Source: Hormiphora californensis (lineage: Eukaryota > Animalia > Ctenophora). From it: a stretch of DNA of 64,000 nt. A program made the translations under genes and the position numbers. The notes below the pieces were generated by a model. The model worked only from the letters and a program-made list of their open reading frames with translations. It ran no database searches and had not been told where the DNA came from. The stretch is from NCBI GenBank assembly GCA_020137815.1, contig CM035355.1:7192001-7256000 (forward strand), in the 5' to 3' direction. Numbering within the stretch: position 1 is the first letter of the stretch; every line of letters begins with the position of its first letter. Positions 52,388 through 64,000 of the stretch are shown here, in pieces.

Positions 52388-55300
52388 ATGCTCAGAAACA
52401 CAACAAATCTCGAGTATGCCATTCCCTCGGAAATCAGGGACGAACAGAAAACATCACTCTCGGATGCCCCACCCTTAGGCTCTGAGAATATCTTGGATTT
52501 TCTTCATAGAGACATCATAGGCAACGATGCGACCTTCAAAGGTCCTTTCGGCGTTCGCAAGATAGGTAAGCATGCAACATGAAGACACATTTGTCTCTCT
52601 CTCTCTCACATACACACACACTCTTTCTCTCTCAGCTCACTCCCTTTATCTTTCCGTTGTCTTTTAACAGGAACGCACACGCCGCATACATACAGCCACC
52701 ACCGGCCAATATATATTAGTACTGCATTATTAATAGTTAATACACTGTGCGTCCTATTTGTGTACCCACACACTATTTTCAGTGTATAGCGACTGGGCCG
52801 CATCAGGCCGTTCACTGCGGTTCATTAACGACTACATAACCAGTGAAGTGCTACCCTGGTATGGGAACACCCACTCCATGGCTAATGTCACCGCTACTCA
52901 AATATCAATGCTGCGAGAGGAGGCACGACAAATTGTGAGGTATCCTGTTTCAGCAGTGTGTGTGTGTGTGAGTGTGTGTTGTTTAGACAATTGTACAGCT
53001 TTGTGTTTTCCGTGTTCTACAATACCTCGCTATCTAAATATTCACATTTCACTGAATATAATTGTGAGGTGTGTAGTTCCCTTGTTGTTGTTTTAATTGC
53101 CCCCCCCCCCCACCTCCAAATCACACCTGTATAAGGGGTTCAGGAGAGGGATCACATTACCTCTCTCTCTCCTGAGCTCTAAATATCATTTCTCTCTCCT
53201 GCAGGCACACAGTGAACGCTAACTCAGACAAAGACAGTGTTATATTCCACGGTAATGGCACAACTGGGGTCACCTCTCTACTGCGGCACATCATTGATGT
53301 CCCCTCGGCCGTATTTCTAGTTGGGGAGGAGGCCCACCATTCCCTCTACACACCCTGGAAGGACCACAGTGATAACGTGCTAATGATACCTGACTCGCCG
53401 GATAGGGAGGAAATACTGGAGGGTGTCCTCTGTGATATCAGGGCAGCTAACCCAACTGTACCTGTGTTTGGATGTTTCGGAGCGGTCAGTAATGTGACTG
53501 GAGCTGTATTTGATGTGGATTCCCTAGCACGGATACTCCACAAACACGAGGCGTTGATTGTGGTGGATTATGCGAGTGGAGCCCCCTATCTTGACATCAA
53601 TATGAACCCAACGGATGGGGTGAGTTATAAAGATGCGATTGTATTCTCAGCTCACAAATTCCTTGGTGGAGTTGAGAGTCCCGGGGTTTTAGTGGTGAAG
53701 AAGGCCCTGTTTAGGGCTAGTAAACCCATGGTTAGTGGTGGTGGGACCGTGTTCTATGTCAAGGAGGATGAGACAACTTATTTCAAGGCACCAGAACTGA
53801 GGGAGGAAGGTGGAACTCCAAACATTTTGGGAGCTATCAGGGCTGGGCTGGCTTGCTACGTGAAGTTGAGAGCAGTTGGACCTGTTAGCAGGGATCGGTG
53901 TGCACGGAGTGTTGAGAAATTTAAAGCTATGGCAGCGGATAACTCTAACATTATTCTTATTAGTGATGAAGGACGTGAGCGTGTTCCTGTTTTCTCCTTC
54001 CTGATCCGACATCACCATCTCTTTCTCCATCACAATTTCGTAGTGGTCCTGTTGAATGATTTGTTTGGAATCCAATCCAGGGGCGGGTGTCTATGTGCAG
54101 GGTCCGTACGTTCAGCGCCACCTTGGAATTGACACACCCCTCAATAACCGTCTCCTGGCGCTACTCTCCGAGGACTCCAAATTGGATCGGCACCATCTGA
54201 GGCGGACCCGGGAGTACAGTTCGTATGAGGTGTTTCGGCCGGGTGTGGTTCGGGTGTCATTGTGTTACACCACACCTGCAGAAGAGGTAGATTATGTGAT
54301 CCGGGCTGTTGAGATGGTGGCGAGGGATGGGTGGAGGTTGTTACCATTCTACAGGTGTAACAGTGAGACAGGGGAGTGGCAGCATCTCAACAACCTCCAG
54401 TTTAATGATCGAAGGTGGTTATCCCATGTGAAGATATCTGAGGGTGGGGTTAAGTGGAAGACATTTCAGAAGGAAACCTCGCCCGATTTTGATAGCTGTT
54501 TAGTGCAAGCACATAAAGTGCTGGAGGGAGTTAAATCTTACCCTGGATCCTCTCAGGAGGGATTGTTTGCGGAGTGTGATGATTTGAGGTGGTTTTTGTT
54601 GCCTAGCGACGTGGTTACGGAAGTAAACCACTCCCAACCACCTGTCACTTCATCACCTTTCCAACCAGGATCACTAACCACCTGTCCATTGGTTGTGGCA
54701 AAGCGACAGGAGGATCTAGCTACAATACTGAGATTCTGTAGACAACCACCTAAATCTCAAGTTACTAGCACTGATATCACATACACCAGGGGAGCCGCTG
54801 GTGTGTTTTCATTGGTACGGTACATTGTGAAACTTCTCTCTGCCTCATGGTCTTGGTGGGTTGGTGATGTTGGCAAACCTCCAGCGATCACTAGTTACAC
54901 AACGCCAGCTAAAACTGATCACGTACGTGATGAGGAAGGGGTGAAGAAAAACAATGGTGTAGAGAAGGGTGCTACAGCAGTGAAGGAAAATAGAGAGGAA
55001 GCGAAAGTTTGCAAGATCAGAAAACCGCCAAAAGCTGCTCCAGGTAAGGGTGTAATCACTGCATCACTGTAATACTGCATCACACTGTAATACTCTAAAG
55101 TTCTCCTAAAGTTCACCATTTTGAAAAATTCTTTACAAACTCCATTAGCTATCTCTATCCCTTCCAGGAAAAGCTCGCTGGCATGCCCCAACTAAGTCCA
55201 TACTGAAGCCCATGGTACGGGCTATTGAGGAGTTTCAGATGATCCAGGATGGAGATAGGGTATTAGTGTGTTTGTCTGGCGGCAAAGACTCTCTCTCCAT

Positions 55301-58300
55301 GCTCCACTCCCTACGACAGTACCAGTTTATTGCCCGCAAAAAAGGTACGTTTTTTTAGTTTTGGTCTAAGCTTCGGTTGACATGTATTATAATCGTTAAC
55401 CACCCTCTACCCTCTTCAGTGAGTTGTTATATAGAACTTCATTCCGCTTCATTATGCCATATTTGATATGTTAGAAAATGACAAGTAAAGCGCATATATA
55501 TATATAATTTATCTCACAAAGACTGCCCTCGGGGGGGGATCCCATGGCATACTTTGGTATACTTTGGCACTTTCCACAACTTTTTCAGCGATTTTCCATA
55601 TACCAAAGTATACCAAAGTATACCAAAGTATACCAAGGTATACCAAAGTATACCATAAAAATTTTGAAAAAGGTAAAATTTAAGCGATAAGTTAACATAA
55701 ATGACTAAATTTGTAAAACTACATCCTTATTTATTTATAAGTTGGTAATATAACGCTTATTAAACCGATTTTTACGTTTTTGTTACATCATCCGGCTAGT
55801 GCTCAAGGCTTGCCGCTCAGGGTTCGATTCCCGGTGAAGGCAATTGTTGAAAAATTTTTGGAGACTTTACCAAATACTATTTGAACATTTTCTTGACTTT
55901 TTAAAAGTTTTTTTATCATACTCAAATGGGTCCCAATTTGTCAAACCCCAGTTTTCTGACTCACCATTTTATAGGTAATATTTTCCCTCGATTCTATGAA
56001 TTTAGCCTATTTAGCACCATTGTCCAATTTTATGAGTTAAGAAAGTTTATATAAAATGTTTTAAAGCCTTAACTGTTGTAAATTAACACTTTAAAGTACT
56101 TTAAAGTTATTAAAAAGATATGGTATACTTTGGTATACTTTGGTACTTTCCACATATTTTTTTGGGATTTTCCATATACCAAAGTATACCAAAGTATACC
56201 AAAGTATGCCATGGGATCCCCCCCCTGCCCTCTCACAAGAGACTGTCTTACCTCAACGTACTGAGTCTCAGAAGCTCACTGTATGTGTCTTAGCCAAGTC
56301 CTATTGCCCACCCACTCGTCCCTCATCCTAGTCTTTAGTTTTTACAGTGCAGTCCCTACAAACTGTGAAACTTGCTGAATGTTTAGATTTGCCTGTGCTA
56401 AATATGTTTGGGGTATGACTGAATCTTGAGCTGCAACGTAGCTCAATATACAGCCATGTGTGCGATGATATAATCACGTACATGACAACCTATAATGTAG
56501 ATATATATTCATGCATCATAAAACTAGATCTAGTAAAGGTTTTCTGTACGTATCTCTGTAACATTTAAATCAGATATATATAATCTGCTCTGTACGATCC
56601 AACACTATATTCATGTTATCGTATGATCGGTACTACTGCTCTTCATTTAGCATGCATTAAATGTCATGCGCTTTATAGTATTTTGAACTTCAAATTTAGA
56701 TCTAAGATCTATCTAAAAACTATAGTTACGAAACGTCTATACCTCTTTTATCTAAACAGGTCACCACACATCCTATTCAGCAGTACCTCAATTCAAATTC
56801 AATTTCAGGAGTGAATTTCACCCTAGGAGCGGTGACAGTCGATCCAATGACTCCCACTTACAACCCTGCACCACTTATTCCTTACATGGAGGAGTTGGGA
56901 GTGGAATATCTCTTCGAACGACAGGGTATTCTGGCAAAGGCGGAGGAAACAGCCGAACAAATATCAAGTATTTGTAGGTAAGGAACACACTCATTTCATA
57001 ATAATCAGTGTCTTGGCTCTCATCCAAGGTTTTTTGTCAACATAATATTTACCGAACGATCTCACACCTCCTTCTTTCCACACTGGAATAACTGCTAGAA
57101 TAACTTGAGGGCCTCCAGTTATAATTCTAGCAAACGCCAGTTATTCTAGATCCAGCAATTACACCCCTCTTACCCTCCGGTTATTCTAGCGAACACCCCT
57201 CTTATCTGGCAGTTATTCTAGATCTAACAAACACCCCTTGAAGTCTACTTTCCTACAGTTACTGTAGCCCCTCTCTCTTCCTACAGTTACTGTAGCCCCT
57301 GGCCCTCTCTCTCACTTCCTACAGTTACCGTAGCCCCTCTCTCTCACTTCCTACAGTTACTGTAGCCGGATGAAGCGGGGAAGGATATACTCAGCAGCCC
57401 GGAGAAAGGGATATAATGTCGTAGCGATGGGGCAACATCTGGACGATTTATCTGAGAGTTTCTTCATGTCCGTCTTCCATAACGGACTTTTGAGGTAACT
57501 ATGTGGCGTGGTCATTGTCGTTACCTACCTAGGACCTCCCACCGCGTGATCAGATTTAGAGCCTGATCTCAGATCTGTTTATGCTGATGTACATAGTATG
57601 TAGTGCTAAACACGTCAACGTCTAAATCCTATTTCTACACGATGAGCTATATTTTACACTTTGAATCTTCCTAGGCTATAATATGAGTCAATTTTAACAG
57701 ATCATATCTGTTTCAAGTAAAAATTTCTCGCCCTCTGTAAAACAATGAAAGTAACAACTCTCTCTCTCTCTCTGTTCAGAACAATGAAAGCCCATTACAC
57801 AGTCACCGAAGAAGACCTCAGAGTAATTCGACCCCTCATCTACGTGAGGGAACGAGACCTAAGAAGCTTTGCCGAGAGTCGGGCATTACCCGTTATTGCA
57901 GAGAACTGTCCGGCGTGTTTTGAGGAACCAAAAGAGAGGCACCGGGTTAAACAGCTTCTTGCTCAACAGGTATTCAGTCACACGCTATATTTTTTGTGGC
58001 TCGCACCGCATTTTTTCATTAAATGACAGCGCTTTGTGAGAGTTCGATAGATCAAGCAACACAAATACGGGTTTCTTCAATTTGGCAAAGGGGCCCTCTG
58101 TCAAATTGAAGAGACCTGTATTTGCCAAAGGGGTTACCCATCTATCAGAGCTGGGCTTGGTATTATATCTCATTGGTTGTGATTGATTGGTTATCAGTGG
58201 TAAGATCTGAAATCGATTATAAGATGGACATCAATTACTCGATTGTAGGTTACTATCACTATTACAGGAGTTGCTATTTCCACGGCTAGCAAACAGTCTC

Positions 58301-58456
58301 CAGCGAGCCATGAAGCCACTATACTCCAAAGCCAGGGTGGGGATGGAATCAAGACCTGGTATGGACCAGCAGCTGAGAGGAGAGCCATTATCTGGTGATA
58401 TTACTGTTAACGGTGATGGAGATACGGATGATGAGATGTTTCCACAGGGTTGCTAG
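52388..58456 (+). CDS. Fusion of class-V PLP cysteine desulfurase-like domain and TtcA-type (PP-loop, 2x CxxC) tRNA 2-thiolase; one-base frameshift at ~54100
   Basis: Eight exons (52388-52566, 52783-52939, 53205-55043, 55168-55344, 56809-56977, 57357-57494, 57780-57969, 58268-58456): YSDWAASGR, YGNTH, HHS, FSAHKFLGG, EEGGTP, RGGCLCAG; then LSGGKDS, CSYCSRMKRG, GQHLDD, VIRPL, CPAC. Confidence 0.9.
55531..56225. mobile_element. Foldback DNA element with G8/C8 termini and 10-bp CCAAAGTATA arrays
   Basis: GGGGGGGGATCCCATGGCATACTTTGGTATACTTTGG...inverse, with a 7-8-bp TSD (C)TGCCCTC. Confidence 0.85.
57249..57368. repeat. Four tandem copies of a 3' splice site plus exon start (TTCCTACAG|TTACTGTAGCC)
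   Basis: AG ends at 57258, 57286, 57324 and 57356; only the last keeps the frame. Confidence 0.85.
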
Positions 58457-58827
58457 ATGTTCCAGCTGTTTGCTAATTAAGAGAAGTCCCCTTCCACTCA
58501 CAATGATGCCCCTTAGGAAGAACGAAGATATCAATTTTTAGTTTTCCTTGTTTTTACACCGTGGGATAATTTTATTTAACTTATTATTCTTTTAAAGTTA
58601 TTTATTTGACATGTTTATATCACGAGACGCTGCGCTATATTTTTAATCTTACTCCCCCCTCTCTCTCTGTCTTCCCATCTCTCTCTCTCTCTGTCTCGAC
58701 TCTCGATCTCCCTTCCCCAATTTGATTAACCCCTTTAGTTCCTCGACAGGCATGACGTCCCATAACAGCTACCGTGAGAGGAATCTTTAAAAGATATCAA
58801 TCACGGATTGCAATCTTTAAAATTTAA

Positions 58828-59302
58828 AGTGAGAGTGGACCGAATCAGAATTGGACAAGTTTGTTGTAGGTAGTAGAGATTAGCTTTCTGAGCATTTTGC
58901 GTTTTTGCCGCTCAAAATCGACCCACCCATCACTGAGATATTTTTGTTATGTTGGGAGAACTCCTATTTAATCAGTATGTATAAAACAGAATAGAAACAA
59001 TCGTGGTGTTTTACTAACACATTCTGAATATAAGCAGTGAGGTTGACATGTCCATGCACAGAAGTAGGGCAATGCAAGCCATCATATTAATGATTTAAAG
59101 AATGTGTTAGTAAAACACAAGGATTGTTTCTATCCTGTTTGTTAAATATTGATCCCGCAGGAATTCTCCCAACACAACAAAAATATCTCAGTGATGGGTG
59201 GGTCGATTTTGAGCGGCAAAAACGCAAAATGCTCAGAAAGCTAATCTCTACTAGTACTACCTACAACAAACTTGTCCGATTCTGATTCGGTCCACTCTCA
59301 CT
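58828..59302. mobile_element. Kolobok-like non-autonomous element with long TIRs
   Basis: TTAA-AGTGAGAGTGGACCGAATCAGAAT...ATTCTGATTCGGTCCACTCTCACT-TTAA. Confidence 0.8.
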
Positions 59303-59350
59303 TTAAATCAAAGATTGCTATCTTTTAGTCCTAACCACCCCGTATATTAA

Positions 59351-60741
59351 GGGTACGCTAACCAAAATTTTTTTTCGAGTGCAGGGAAATCTCTCACCGT
59401 AGGGTTGTAGGCCATGCCAAGGAGACCTCAAATATGCAATTTGAGCTCTCAAGTCGAATTCATATTTTTGCTACAGCTGCTTGAAAAATGAACTGAAAAT
59501 AAGTTTTTGGCATCTCAAAAAATTTTTTTCAAAGATAGGAGCATGAAAATTTGGGGATTTGAAGAGGACATGAAGGTGAATAACCACAAAAATTTTTTTT
59601 GCAATCCGAGCTGATTTCCGGTCCTGAGATGGATTTCTTTTTTTCCACTTTAACGCCCTATTTGGCAAAGTTCCGAAAACATGTGAAAGCTGTAAATTGG
59701 TGAAAAGTTGCGTCTAACGATTATCTAAGTGGCCATAAATTTTGGGCGTGTCCTTATTTGAGATAAGCTGTACGGAGTTTTTTTTGTGAAAGCCGTCATT
59801 TCAGAAATAAATAAATTCCCTGTATCTCAAAAACGGCTGATCGTAGAGACCTGAGACTATGCTTAAACGATCCAGAAGGTCCGATTTTGGGGGGGTCTTC
59901 TGAGAGACATTTTGCTCCTACTTCAACCGTTTTTGCTGTAATTGCGAAAAACAAATTCTATGAAAAGGGCAAAAGCTAAACTCCAATATCCTGTAATTAG
60001 GGAATTTTAGCTAAGAAAGGACCGAAACTATGGAAAAATGTTTAACAAGCTAATTCCTTCACTATTTGGTCCATATGGGTCCCTATAATCATCAAAAACA
60101 AAATCACAAAAAATCCACGATGGCGAAGATGGGTTATTGTTTTTCGCAATTACAGCAAAAACGGTTGAAGTAGGAGCAAAATGTCTCTCAGAAGACCCCC
60201 CCAAAATCGGACCTTCTGAATCGTTTAAGCATAGTCTCAGGTCTCTACGATCAGCCGTTTTTGAGATACAGGGAATTTATTTATTTCTGAAATGACGGCT
60301 TTCACAAAAAAAACTCCGTACAGCTTATCTCAAATAAGGACACGCCCAAAATTTATGGCCACTTAGATAATCGTTAGACGCAACTTTTCACCAATTTACA
60401 GCTTTCACATGTTTTCGGAACTTTGCCAAATAGGGCGTTAAAGTGGAAAAAAAGAAATCCATCTCAGGACCGGAAATCAGCTCGGATTGCAAAAAAAAAG
60501 TTTTGTGGTTATTCACCTTCATGTCCTCTTCAAATCCCCAAATTTTCATGCTCCTATCTTTGAAAAAAAAAATTTGAGATGCCAAAAACGTATTTTCAGG
60601 ACATTTTTTAAACAGCTGTAGCAAAAATATGAATTCGACTTAAGGGCTAAAATTGCATATTTGAGGTCTCCTTGGTATGGCCTACAACCCTACGGTGAGA
60701 GATTTCCCTGCACTCGAAAAAAAATTTTGGTTAGCGTACCC
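59351..60741. mobile_element. Kolobok-like non-autonomous element with ~600-bp TIRs
   Basis: TTAA-GGGTACGCTAACC...GGTTAGCGTACCC-TTAA. Confidence 0.85.
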
Positions 60742-60856
60742 TTAATATCCAGTAACATGGAATAACTCTATAACCACCCTCCTTTTTTGATAACGTTTCC
60801 TAACCCTTCCTGGTAACTTGCCACATATATCACTCCTTATTTGTATTTTGCAAATA

Positions 60857-60956
60857 CAGTCGGATCCCGATTTACCGGGATGCTCGGGGGAAAGTGTTTT
60901 GCCCGGTAAATCGGGGTGCCCGTTAAATCGAGGCCCGGTAAATCGGGGTCCGACTG
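60857..60956. mobile_element. Tc1/mariner-pogo-type MITE
   Basis: TA-CAGTCGGATCCCGATTTACC...GGTAAATCGGGGTCCGACTG-TA. Confidence 0.85.
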
Positions 60957-61152
60957 TAGTTGAACCCTAGCCACTCCAAACCTCTCTTAGCAATACACTA
61001 ACCACTTTTAACTACATCTCCTAACCTGTCTTAGCAATACACTAACCACTTATAACTGTACCCCTAACCACTCTCAGTAACACTAACCACTACTAATTGC
61101 CATAGCACCATGGCGGGGGAGTAGTTGAGATTCTGTAATGTGTCGACATAAA

Positions 61153-63653
<2,501 letters not shown>

Positions 63654-64000
63654 GTAAGACTTGATAATGTTTTGTACAACTATATACCTTGGGTACAATG
63701 CCCCCCTTTCTCGTGTAGTACGGGCTAGTATAACAGGGCTTGTTTTTGTAACACATTGTGTACATACATACCCTAGATGGCCTGTGCAATGTGCAGTGTG
63801 CAGTGTGCAATGTCTTGCAGGCCCAAGAAAATACATTGTTGAATTATGAAACTCGATATTCGCCTTATTTTTATCAAAAAGAGAGTCCTATTTTTGTGGA
63901 AAGAGATAGGGTCTTGAGGCCTATTTTTATCAAATCCGATTAAGTCGAGAAGGATAACTTATTATACTTGGAATTAGCTCTACACATGCATTCCTAGATT

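Noticed and set aside
52388-58456. Bacterial contamination, or CTU1/MOCOS identity, for the thiolase gene
   Set aside because: Spliceosomal introns and host-type transposons are inside it; there are no CTU1 terminal zinc fingers and no MOSC domain.

Overview
Compact, intron-containing animal genomic DNA. It is most likely a ctenophore of the Pleurobrachia/Hormiphora type, inferred from the MITE families, nested intronic genes and splice acceptors just before start codons. The assembly is draft quality, with garbled stretches at ~7.7-9.7 kb and ~34.55-34.75 kb. Manually spliced genes, in order: NUP155 (3' part), an unknown type II membrane coiled-coil gene, ALG12, three tandem secreted F-type-lectin-like genes, BTBD9 (two secreted genes nested antisense in one intron), a DHHC palmitoyltransferase, a long coiled-coil gene hosting an EF-hand gene and two divergent GalNAc-transferase paralogues in its introns, a cysteine-desulfurase-TtcA fusion gene, and the 5' part of AMPK-alpha. 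The best candidate for an undescribed system is the spliced PLP cysteine desulfurase fused to a bacterial-type TtcA tRNA thiolase. Other notable signals are a 122-bp palindrome of two hammerhead ribozymes, a LINE with a 185-bp flanking duplication, GAA-triloop multi-hairpin elements, tandem repeats that copy splice sites, and a gene-conversion tract over the catalytic core of the GalNAc-T pair. Exon coordinates were read by eye and may be off by a few bases.
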